Assembly (NCBI GenBank): GCA_035390665.1
Contig: DAOOUC010000003.1
Coordinates: forward strand, 90,001 to 122,000
DNA: 32,000 nt
Direction of reading: 5' to 3'
Source: an archaeon
Lineage (GTDB): Archaea; Iainarchaeota; Iainarchaeia; Iainarchaeales; CSSED10-239
Shown here: in pieces, positions 20,801-29,800 of the stretch
Layout of the letters: every line of letters begins with the position of its first letter
Position numbering within the stretch: position 1 is the stretch's first letter
The notes under the pieces: model-generated
Told to the model about the DNA's origin: nothing
Databases searched by the model: none
What the model saw: the letters and a program-made list of their open reading frames with translations, nothing else
Made by a program: the position numbers and the translations under genes

Positions 20801-23800
20801 AAATGCTCCACCTGCATATGTACCTGCAACAGATCCAAATACCATTGCCATTGTTAAACTACTAGTCCCTGCAGCTAATGCTCCGCCAATTATTGCTGTT
20901 GTTGCTAATGATGCTGCAACAGTAGATGCTGTATTCCACCATTCTGCTCCATCATCGGTTTGATTTGTTAATTCATTTGGGAGACTAAATAACATTTTTT
21001 CAAAATATGGACGTTCTTCTGAAGTTACCATAAATCTTGAAAAGCCTGTGTCGCCTTCAACTTTTTGAACAGCATAGTCCCAAGGTGTAACATTTATATC
21101 GCTGTTTAATAGTCTTACAGTCTGACTTGAATATATTTCTGTTCCAATTTCATTTTGTGTCTTTTCCATTTCTATAAATGGATCTTCCATGTATAATCCT
21201 GAAGAAGAATGTACGTTTACTTTTAATCTCTTTTCAATATTAACTATTGCCCTTCCCGTGTCTCCAAGAACAGATATCTTTACAGGTATAATATATGCTC
21301 CTGGTACTTCTGGCTTTATTATTCCAACAACTTGTGTTGTGTCTCCTCTATTAAAGTTTATTTCGTTCTGTAGAAGACCTTCCATGTTGTCGTATCTTAC
21401 TTTTTGACAACCATACCATTTCTTACCTTCACAGAATTCTAATTTAAATCTTCCAAGATCTGAACAATTATTCTTAACATTTAGTTCTTTTATTTCGCCT
21501 TCAAAAGTTTCTTTAGGTACTACTAACATGTTGTTAATCTTTTTTGAACCATCATAGAAGTCAATACAGTCTTGTATCTTTCTTATTGCAATGTCTGTTG
21601 TAAATGCTATTTCTTTTGAAGTATTTACATATTTTAAACCATCGTTAGTTTCTACTTGTCCATTAATATAAATCTTTGTCTTAACATCTCCAAACTTTTT
21701 ATCAAGAGCTCTATATTCAATTATTGCTGCGTGTGGTCCTGGAGATAAATCATTAAAGATTGTGGTATATGCTCCTTCTGAAAGAGTTATTGATTTACCA
21801 TCAACTGTTAAAATATAATTACCATACATGTCTTTATCATTAACAATTTTTGCTCTTATGTTCTTTAAGTTTATTGATTCTTCAGAATTTCCCTTTACTC
21901 TACAGTTGTTTGTTATTGTAAATGTTTGAATAACTGCACTATTACCACTAACAATAGATTGCCATGGATTACTTACTCCATTAACAACCAAACAATCATC
22001 TTCTTCTACTCCTTCGCCAACTGATAACTTAACATTCATTGGTATCTCAAATGGATAAGTAGTTTGACTTTCACCAACTAAAACATTACCTGTAATTGTC
22101 CCAACAAGATTTAAAGTTTCAACAAGATTTTCTGCATCTTGAGATGCTGCTAGTTTTAATTTAATATCTGCTTCTCCATTTGCTGGAACAACAATGTTAC
22201 CAACTTGAGAATTTAAATAATTCTTTAATTGTTCAATATTTAAATAATTAGAATTACTAAAACTAAAGCCATCGTCTGTAAATTCCTTTAATGTTAATGG
22301 ATAATCTGTTTTATTAACAATTGTTAATCTTTTCTCTGTACCTTGTGGATTTGATTTATTAATATTTAAAATAAATGGCGATGCGGGTTTTACTTCACTA
22401 CCATCTTGCTTTAAACTTAAAATGTCTTGATTAATAACTATTTCTACTGGTGCTGAATAATATCCACTTTTTTCTACAGAAATTATTATTTTTTCTGCAT
22501 TCTTTAATGGAGGTAAATTTATAGAAGCAACACCAATGTCGTTTGTTCGTTGTTGTCCAACATTTAGTGCAATTAATTGATTGTTTCCTTTTTTCTGATA
22601 GATGTTAACAATTGCATTAGTTATTGGTTGATTAGAATTGTCCATTGCAATTACTTTTAATGTAAATGCTTTATTTGGCACAATATTTTGTGGTTCGTAA
22701 GTAATTGTAAAAGGAAATTGTTGACTTGCAGTTATTTCTATCATCTTATTATAAGCAACTAATTGACCAGAAATTATTTTATTTTGTATTCTTGTTCCTC
22801 CAAGTAATACTGGTTTAATTGTGGTATTAACATAAATTTTATCATAAACATTAATTGTTTGAGAATCTAAATAATCCCCATAGAAAGGAATACTATTTCT
22901 TGTCTGTTCTCCACTACTTGATGAAGAACTAAATCCTGCTCCTGAAATTGTGTAATTTAAGAAATTAATTGCTTGTGTTGGTATTTCGTTATTATTTTCA
23001 ATATTCTTTATTGTTAATCTATTATTATAGAATACATTAGATTTAGCATTTGTTATTTCATAATTAAATTGATATGTTTTATTTACAATCAATCCATTAT
23101 TTGTTTCATCTAAATCATAAGCAATTCCATCCTCTGTATCTACAAACTGACCTTTTATACAGAAGTCTTCTGAACATAATTCACTTACATCAATATAATA
23201 GATTTTTTGATTACCAAGGGTGTTTGGTTCTGGTGCAACCCCAGTATAAATTGAGTAATATATTGGAATAGCTGCCCCTCTTGTAGCCGCAAGAGTTTGC
23301 ACAGGTATAGTTAATTCATAAACTCCTGCCTGCACATTTGAAAACATTGTATCTGTCATCTTTGTTGGAGAATCTTGTAATACTCTTGTTGGTAAAGTGT
23401 CTGAATAATATGCTGTGTTAGCTATTGAATTAAGTATTGGTTTAATTAATACAATATCTTCAGTAATATTATTTTTTTCTCCAATTAAAAACCTAATTCC
23501 GAGATTTCCTGGATTTGGTGTGATTAATCTAAACTTAAAATTAAATCTTGCATTTTGTGTAAAATTTTCTGTTGATTGTTCTGAAATATTATATAATCCA
23601 ATTAATTCTGCTGTTGGAGTTGTTGCATATCCAGATCTATATAATTTTATTTCTTTATTTAATGTTTCATTCTTAATTACAGGCATTAATTCTGTAAAAT
23701 AATCATAATATCCTGTTTTGCTTATTTTAGCATAAACTATTTTATCTGCTTTTATTTTTTTATTATAAATTCCTGATTGATTTGCTTGATCAAGTCCTAT

Positions 23801-25444
23801 TTCTTCTCCAGTGATATTATATAATCTAATGTCTGCAAAATCTATTGTTTCATTATTTATGTTTTTTATATTAAGATTGATTGTTCCTTGTCCAATATTT
23901 ATTAATATAGAAACATTAGAATCTGTTGGTGGTGTGTGCGTAAATTTATTTGATTCTCCAACAACATTTGTTTTTCTTAATTTAACAAAGTAATAGCCTG
24001 TTGGAATATTTTCAAAACTTGCCTGTCCATTAACATCTGTAAGTAATGGAGTAAATCTTGTATCAATATATCCTAAGTTTCCATCATATAACCATAATGT
24101 TGCACCCACAATAGGCAAATTATCTTCGTCTTTTACACTTATATTAATATCAGAAACATTACTTACTGTTATTTTTTCTAAAAATATAGAATATTCATTT
24201 ACATTTGGAGTTATATTTCTTACTTGTGGGATATATCCTTCTGCTTTTGCAGTTAAAGAATAATTTTTACCGTCTTCTATTCGTAGCATTATTCCGGTTT
24301 GAGTATATGCTTTAGTATCAACTGTTTGATTTGCATCTAATATCAATAAAACATTTGGCATATATTCTACAGAAATTTCTTGATTTGTTTCACTATCTTT
24401 TAAAATAACTTTTATATCTCTTGTAACAATAGAAACAATTGAATCTCCTGGATTTACAACTTCATTAATTGCATCTAACTCTAAACTTACTTGTGATTCA
24501 ACATTTTTTGTAACAATAAAATTAGCTGATTTTGTTTGATATCTTGAAGAATCATCTGTTGCTGTTACTATATATTCTCCTGTCTCAATATTTGAAAACC
24601 TTCTTGCTCCAAATTGAGATTGTCCAGAAGTAACAGGATTAATTGTGTCTTCTACTTTATATATTCTTAAAGTAATTCCATCTAATGGGTTTGCTCCACT
24701 TTTTACTGTTACTCTAACTTGTCCATATTCTGCTATTATTGATTTTTCTTGTAATTGAATTATGCCCGTCTCAGGATTAATAATTACATTTGTTGCTGAA
24801 TATGTGTTTCCGATAGCTGTTGCAACAAGTCTATTACACATTAAAGGTAATTCAAATGTGCCTTTTCCATTTTCTACATTTGTTATTGATGGAACAACAA
24901 CCTGTGTGCCATCTTGACAAGTAATTGTTACATTTAATTTTTCTGAAACTAATTGACCATCAGGCCCAATAAATTGTAATGATTTATTTTGTTTTGATGC
25001 AATCTCAAATATATCAACAGTAAAGTTTAATCTTGATTTGCTTAAATCTAATACTTCTTCTTTATACTTATACCCTTTTTTATTTATGATTAATGCATAA
25101 TCACCATATTTATTTAATTCAATTGTAAAAATACCTTTACTATCGGTTCTATAACTTTGAGTAGAATTACTATTTAAATTTTTTATTTCAAATTCGAAAT
25201 TTGTTAATAATTTGTTTGTATTATCTGCAATTGCAATTGTATAAACGCTTGTTTCTTCGGTTAAGTTTGAAGAAAATGGTTTAAATATTAAAAAGAGAAT
25301 AACAAGAATAATCGCAATAAATAAAAACAAAGAAGCAGTAGGAAAAAGTTTATCTATTGGTTTTGTAAGCCATTTAATTGGTATTCTTTCGTTTATTTTT
25401 TCAATAGTTGCCTGATATTTTTCTGAAAAACTCATACATTTCAC
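17900..25444 (-). CDS. Giant membrane-anchored extracellular protein (2514 aa) with tandem Cna-B/CarboxypepD_reg-like domains and an internal Gly/Ala-rich hydrophobic region
   Basis: Complete ORF. N-terminus PIKWLTKPIDKLFPTASLFLFIAIILVILFLIF matches PVNKVTDQIDKIFPSFILFLILIISIIYF of the left-edge protein. About six Cna-B-like units by eye. A second in-frame Met at 25435 is an alternative start. Confidence 0.95.
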   Translation of the reverse strand: MKCMSFSEKYQATIEKINERIPIKWLTKPIDKLFPTASLFLFIAIILVILFLIFKPFSSNLTEETSVYTIAIADNTNKLLTNFEFEIKNLNSNSTQSYRTDSKGIFTIELNKYGDYALIINKKGYKYKEEVLDLSKSRLNFTVDIFEIASKQNKSLQFIGPDGQLVSEKLNVTITCQDGTQVVVPSITNVENGKGTFELPLMCNRLVATAIGNTYSATNVIINPETGIIQLQEKSIIAEYGQVRVTVKSGANPLDGITLRIYKVEDTINPVTSGQSQFGARRFSNIETGEYIVTATDDSSRYQTKSANFIVTKNVESQVSLELDAINEVVNPGDSIVSIVTRDIKVILKDSETNQEISVEYMPNVLLILDANQTVDTKAYTQTGIMLRIEDGKNYSLTAKAEGYIPQVRNITPNVNEYSIFLEKITVSNVSDINISVKDEDNLPIVGATLWLYDGNLGYIDTRFTPLLTDVNGQASFENIPTGYYFVKLRKTNVVGESNKFTHTPPTDSNVSILINIGQGTINLNIKNINNETIDFADIRLYNITGEEIGLDQANQSGIYNKKIKADKIVYAKISKTGYYDYFTELMPVIKNETLNKEIKLYRSGYATTPTAELIGLYNISEQSTENFTQNARFNFKFRLITPNPGNLGIRFLIGEKNNITEDIVLIKPILNSIANTAYYSDTLPTRVLQDSPTKMTDTMFSNVQAGVYELTIPVQTLAATRGAAIPIYYSIYTGVAPEPNTLGNQKIYYIDVSELCSEDFCIKGQFVDTEDGIAYDLDETNNGLIVNKTYQFNYEITNAKSNVFYNNRLTIKNIENNNEIPTQAINFLNYTISGAGFSSSSSSGEQTRNSIPFYGDYLDSQTINVYDKIYVNTTIKPVLLGGTRIQNKIISGQLVAYNKMIEITASQQFPFTITYEPQNIVPNKAFTLKVIAMDNSNQPITNAIVNIYQKKGNNQLIALNVGQQRTNDIGVASINLPPLKNAEKIIISVEKSGYYSAPVEIVINQDILSLKQDGSEVKPASPFILNINKSNPQGTEKRLTIVNKTDYPLTLKEFTDDGFSFSNSNYLNIEQLKNYLNSQVGNIVVPANGEADIKLKLAASQDAENLVETLNLVGTITGNVLVGESQTTYPFEIPMNVKLSVGEGVEEDDCLVVNGVSNPWQSIVSGNSAVIQTFTITNNCRVKGNSEESINLKNIRAKIVNDKDMYGNYILTVDGKSITLSEGAYTTIFNDLSPGPHAAIIEYRALDKKFGDVKTKIYINGQVETNDGLKYVNTSKEIAFTTDIAIRKIQDCIDFYDGSKKINNMLVVPKETFEGEIKELNVKNNCSDLGRFKLEFCEGKKWYGCQKVRYDNMEGLLQNEINFNRGDTTQVVGIIKPEVPGAYIIPVKISVLGDTGRAIVNIEKRLKVNVHSSSGLYMEDPFIEMEKTQNEIGTEIYSSQTVRLLNSDINVTPWDYAVQKVEGDTGFSRFMVTSEERPYFEKMLFSLPNELTNQTDDGAEWWNTASTVAASLATTAIIGGALAAGTSSLTMAMVFGSVAGTYAGGAFLGPLYTVLAAIGPWGWAAIGVIAIGGWMASTWHNDYSFNPHYHVLDVSQIYTMPDFETTKEIKIISDGDQEEFVNVFDITGARYFTYLKLIGKTDNDKTNKLTSDEMLDTEMPKCGGKQHQEFFDEYKRIVKNENCNDKFDKYEVTEDQIIAGVQCYGSKPTRNKINLEFEVYTSCKYDKAIWPEQAGIKPIDFVVDYSIDGNSTYQKLLRGDIVYKNITFKPTLNDNNGSQDKAFVGSQPIGDFRFAFISKQYPDSPQVDQNMVDCFTDSGKVGKTGEGAVPKVNLDWTWKTTGFDTNVCSTGNQYCDATQLSQVIIERMKKVEDQLENKEIICPRSTGQVLDQALSGSYNLTSSVPNLDNEIPAGYIGLQNVSARTDGNLVKIGVVIENRTGSLKTGTLNLKLGNQILKSYTELLPNDNCTTERQHTEGTVIGINTINPILNTTVPACENENTAEYWFTYGEQANPLIGNNIKLEVEYSGANTYLEDPNQTYYTTDINLSVHQAQPTGGPCQVPITTAQFNGVDYIDMWFNKEQYPNNVISEWNIEDIQQLKQTIEFDAYLITDNYNKQFQTDFDKAYGGKMSAGQSSTYAFLGAPSYYQNGIYSKLFRDNTEFNLKYTNNQSGVNILVPGKYKVRIDFIFGNEHWDFIRADDLDVNTTVTLTYISGPESDSIFYRMPFNGAVGLTNNGYSRQNYGLAYMGDEITISKQGELPLTTKYSSSSNPKKYLNVQYNKDFFKINSNVETRGNILTIKEQTEDQIQLIYSPNYPNATLMSVTRTNLMPFSAYYQITDPSNQPLYGGTSLGVWNGVGDSNYYDFSGEYVYSRFINFYDRQTTPDERMYNSYAIDWDTVARKGIVNLRTIFYVPYDSHNSIYKLTSKSRGDVIVKFNKDNKNPNDSYTKNLLSNGENYNTDNLTNIFEKVKTNQICVVNSDSGKTTEFYWNPKVIYGNNNIYTGIGITGIN
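20711..20930 (-). other. Internal hydrophobic Gly/Ala-rich segments (2-3 potential membrane-inserting helices) in the 2514-aa protein
   Basis: STVAASLATTAIIGGALAAGTSSLTMAMVFGSVAGTYAGGAFLGPLYTVLAAIGPWGWAAIGVIAIGGWMAS. Confidence 0.75.
25274..25339 (-). other. Predicted transmembrane helix near the N-terminus of the 2514-aa protein
   Basis: TASLFLFIAIILVILFLIFKPF after a basic segment. Confidence 0.85.
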
Positions 25445-25492
25445 TTTTTACAATAAATATATACTTAAATATATTTATATTAGAAAAGAAAG

Positions 25493-25502
25493 TATTTAAA
25501 TA
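25493..25502 (-). promoter_or_regulatory. Putative TATA-like element TATTTAAATA for the 2514-aa gene
   Basis: 49-58 nt upstream of the ATG at 25444 and just after the preceding hairpin/T-tract. Placement is similar to the element before the 499-aa gene. Confidence 0.4.
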
Positions 25503-25510
25503 ATATGGTT

Positions 25511-25546
25511 TTTAAAGAAAAAGAAGATGAGCAGAAAAGCTCATCT
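25511..25546 (-). terminator. Hairpin plus T-rich tract at the end of the 442-aa gene
   Basis: Minus strand AGATGAGC-TTTTCT-GCTCATCT (perfect 8-bp stem) spanning the TGA stop at 25541-25543, followed by TCTTTTTCTTT. Confidence 0.7.
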
Positions 25547-26869
25547 ACAATCAGTTAATGGTTTAGAATAACAAAATGCTGCTGTTGTTTTACAGGTTGT
25601 ATTACTTTGACAAGCAGCAACAGAATATAATGAAATTTGATTATTTGTACAGGTTGCTGCATAAACTGTTTGTGCATCTGGTCTACAAACACACCCAAAA
25701 GCACCTGATTGTAACCCAGCATCAGCACATTTCCCCACATCTCCTGTAGTTCCAGAAGTAAATGTTGTTGTGTAATATTTAATGACTGCTGGTGTTTGAA
25801 TGGTTGAAGAAGGAATAACCGGCGTATTTGTTACTGGTGCTGACACGGGCACACTTGGTGTTTCTACTGGAACTTGCGTACTCCAGGTCATAGTTGTATT
25901 ACATCCAATTGTAGCGCCTTTCCAACAAGAAGTATTTAAATTACCTGGATATTCTCCTAGATAAATATAATTGTGATTTGTTGGATTCCACATTTTATTA
26001 TATGGCCCATAAACAACAGTTGATCCATTGAAACATTTTTCAACACCATAGTAGTTTTGTTTATTACTTCTTACACACACACATCTATAGTTTAAACTAT
26101 CTTGCTCTATTGGATAATCTTCAATATTACATTGTTGTGCTGCATTTCTAGTAATTAAAACATAATTAAAGGTTTTGGTTATTGTTTGTGGCTCAATATA
26201 ATTGTATTCTAAATTTATTTGGCTAGTGTCTAAAATCCAAGTTAATAAACAATTTTTTCTTAAATTATTACAATTTTGATTATTTTCATTACAAAAGAAC
26301 AGAATTATTTTATTATTCATTTCACAGTTTAAAACGGTTTTTTGCTCAAGCAAATCTAAATTATAAAAGGTAGCATAGCTTATGGTGACTTTGTCTGGAG
26401 TTTTCTGTAAAAATAATAAAACATATGGTTCATTTATTGATTCATTTGTTGTAAATTGAAATCTTGACTGAGAATTATTAAATTTAATTTTTGTAATGTT
26501 TGAATTTGGATTTAATGTATATCTGGTGTTACCATTATGTAAATTATATCCTGCATTTTGATTATCAGCTAAAAAGTTATTTATTTCTGTAATTGCTGAA
26601 TTTGTTGTATTAAGATTAAAAAACATAACATATGTTGTGTTTGTCGAAAAGATTGGATTTAGAGTTATATCCACATTCTTTATTTTATTCTTATAATTAA
26701 AAACAAATGCCTGCTCTGTTGATTCTGTGGTACTTGATAAAGAAACATAAGATTGATCTGAAATATTGTAGTTAACAGAAGCAATTGGTTTTATTTCTAA
26801 GGTGTTTGCATTAATTATGGTTATTTGTATTATGCAAAATAAAGCAATTAATAATGTTATTTTTTTCAT
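25541..26869 (-). CDS. Secreted protein (442 aa) with Thr/Pro/Val-rich linker and two Cys-rich modules at the C-terminus
   Basis: Signal peptide MKKITLLIALFCIIQITIINA; linker VPVETPSVPVSAPVTNTPVIPSSTIQTP; Cys modules YRCVCVRSNKQNYYGVEKC...C and FGCVCRPDAQTVYAATC...C. Upstream AGGTGGATAAATG. 18 nt after the upstream stop. Confidence 0.92.
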   Translation of the reverse strand: MKKITLLIALFCIIQITIINANTLEIKPIASVNYNISDQSYVSLSSTTESTEQAFVFNYKNKIKNVDITLNPIFSTNTTYVMFFNLNTTNSAITEINNFLADNQNAGYNLHNGNTRYTLNPNSNITKIKFNNSQSRFQFTTNESINEPYVLLFLQKTPDKVTISYATFYNLDLLEQKTVLNCEMNNKIILFFCNENNQNCNNLRKNCLLTWILDTSQINLEYNYIEPQTITKTFNYVLITRNAAQQCNIEDYPIEQDSLNYRCVCVRSNKQNYYGVEKCFNGSTVVYGPYNKMWNPTNHNYIYLGEYPGNLNTSCWKGATIGCNTTMTWSTQVPVETPSVPVSAPVTNTPVIPSSTIQTPAVIKYYTTTFTSGTTGDVGKCADAGLQSGAFGCVCRPDAQTVYAATCTNNQISLYSVAACQSNTTCKTTAAFCYSKPLTDCR

Positions 26870-26887
26870 TTATCCACCTACTAAAAT

Positions 26888-29800
26888 TTATTGAGACTCC
26901 TCATTTACTTTTTCTGGATTGTACCACAAACTAATTCTATTTGCATCATAGAAATTAAAACAAACATTTTGACTTGTAATATTATTAAATACAGAATTAA
27001 TATTTTGTAATTCATCTGGTCTAAATTTTTCATTTACAATATTTCCTGGGATTACAAAATATTCTTTTTCAGGTATTTCTGAAATTAATGCAGAAGGTAC
27101 TGCAAATGTAAATTTGTAATTTGTTTGAATTGGTCTTTTTGTAAATAATTCTATTTTTTGTGTAGGACAATTTACAAATGCAAAGATTGTTGTTTTGTAA
27201 GATTTCCCATTTTGTAATAAATATCTATTATTTCCGGTTATTGGCTTTATTTCTAATAATTTTGCATCAATATTATCATACCAAAACATATTTCTATCTA
27301 AAGACTTCGCCTCATTTCCTGCATTTGTATATTGTAATAAATATGAATTATTTGTTTTGGAAATAATTTGTATTGGTCTTATGTTTTTATAAATAATGCC
27401 ATGTATTCCATTACCTCTTGTAGAAATACTTAATAGATATCCATCTTGACCCTTTGACCAAATATCGTGATTTGTGATTATTTCTGTTTCTTTTGAAATT
27501 CCTGTTTCTGATTCTTTAAATAATTTGCCTGTATAATTGAAATAATAAGCATTTATTGGATTTGTAAATAACATATTTGATTTATATTTTAAATATTTAG
27601 ATTGCTCATAATAATTTAAAATACTAGATAAATCACTTTCTTTTATAGAAACTTTTGGTTCTGTTGGTGTTTCTATAAATATCTTTACGGTTCTTGGAGA
27701 ATTTATATTTGTTACTTCTGAACTTTCAGAAAATGGCAAGGCTTTTTGTGTAGTTAAGAAATCTCCTGTGCCTGTAAATATTTCGTTAGTTATTCCTATG
27801 TTTGTAGAATTAAATGTCTTCGTGTTGACTACAACAGGATTCAATGCGTCTCCGTAATATATATTTAAATTTCTTAAAATCTTAGTATTAAATGCAATAA
27901 ATCTTAATTGAGTATTTTGATCTGCTGCATTAAAGAAATTTTGAATTGTTGGTTGTGCCCTTAAATGAGATTTTACTGAAAAATAATAATCATCATTAAT
28001 TTTCGTGAAATTATTGTCTGTAAATATTGTAATGAAATTAGTAATTGTTTCTGCATTTAAATCAGTGTCTGGAGTTACTGTTGATTTTAATATTATTATT
28101 TCTCTTAAATCTGTAGGTAACTTTGCAATTAATACATCTATAGCTGTTGTGTATTCACTTAGTGATACTCTTCTTAAATCAGTTATAGATAAAGAATCAA
28201 TAACAGAGTCTTTGAATAACCCGTCTGTTTTTAATAACGTATTTTCTGAAATAATATTATTTTCTGTTTTAAATGTAACTTCATCTAAAGTATATTTATT
28301 ACTTGAATTAAGTATTTCTATCTTCTTTAATAAAGTTATTTTTAACTGATCTTGATCACAATAGAATCCATAGTCACAATTATTGTGAGTCATTTCTGAT
28401 TCGTTCCATTTTAATAACAATCTATTAAATCCATAATCATAATAATTTCTTTCTCCTGTATATCCCGAATTTGAATTAAAGCCCATTGGATCATAACAGA
28501 ATCCTTCTATACTTGGTGTTGAAATATATTTTACATCCAATGGAACATTTTGATTATCATTTGGATCAATACAATCTAATTCTGCTAAATTAAAATCAGC
28601 AACAGAAAAGTTGATATTTTTTAATCTTCTATCTTTATTTAACCAATCTATACTTAAAAATTCTTCTTTTAACATATAATCATAAGGTTGACTAAATCTT
28701 AAATTTGTAATTTTAGATTCTATCTCTGTTAATCTTCTTACTGGCCTACTAATACAAAATCTTACTTCTCTTGTATCTTCTAAAGATTCTAATTTAAAAA
28801 TTACATCTCCTCTTGTTGTCATTATTGTTTGATCTTTAATATAATATAAACTTGAGATAAAATGATTTGTGGAAATATTTGCAATGTTTTCTACAAAACA
28901 AACTCTTGCATCTTTCCCATTTTCTTTGAAATTATAAATATTTGCTAAATATTCTTTATTTAAGTTTATTTGCACATTCATTTCTTGTGGATTTGTATTT
29001 TGATTAAAAGTCATTGCGCCTGTTGCATAATAAAATTTAGTATTTCCTGAATTATAATCCATTTCCTTTCTTTCAGCTAGTGTTGGCTCGGAAATTAAAC
29101 AATCAAATGCAACTTTTGTTTGTAATTCTGACTCTACTCCATTAGAATTACAACCTAAAGATGGAACTTCTGTATTTATTCTAAACACTACTTTTCTTAA
29201 TTCTTCATCTTTTCTTAGAAAATCTATTCCTAAAAATTTCTTTACTGCATTAAGTGTATATTCTTTTGAAGAATATAAATTTCTAATTTTAGATTCTTGT
29301 TCCATTAATCTTCTTGTAGGTCTACTTAAACAAATTTCTAATTTATTTGAATTATCTCTAATTGTTTTTAATTTAATTAATATTATACCGTTGTCTAATA
29401 TATCTTCTTGTGTATCAATATATGTACCCGAAATATTTAGATTATCAATCACATCTCCATCTAATGTTTTAACAAAACAAACTCTTGCATCTGTTCCATT
29501 TTCTTTGAAGTTTCCAACTTTATTAATATATTCTGAATCTATATTTATATCATATACTAACATATCATCTTCCAAAGCTACAATTTCCTCAGATAACTTA
29601 ATTGCATCTTTTGCTTTGTGGAAATAATATCTACTTGTTTCTTCATTAAATGGAAGTCTTTTTCTAAATGAAAATGATTTTTCTGGGATAACACAATCAA
29701 AGGTTTGTTTATTTCCTGTTTCTTCTTCTTCACTTGTACAGTCTAATGGTGCTAATACTGCTTTTAAAGAAAATATATATGAATTTGTATCTACATTATT

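Noticed and set aside
19893-23993. Plus-strand ORFs within the 2514-aa gene (19893, 20257, 21189, 23074, 23415, 23811)
   Set aside because: All lie inside a continuous 7.5 kb coding frame on the other strand with consistent domain repeats; treated as shadow ORFs.
25555-25740. Minus-strand 61-aa ORF (MWGNVLMLGYNQ...)
   Set aside because: Out-of-frame ORF nested within the 442-aa gene's Cys-module region; the 442-aa frame has signal peptide, linker and repeated Cys support.
27178-29627. Plus-strand ORFs 27178..27366, 28005..28349 and 29391..29627
   Set aside because: Antisense to the continuous repeat-bearing frame of the right-edge giant.
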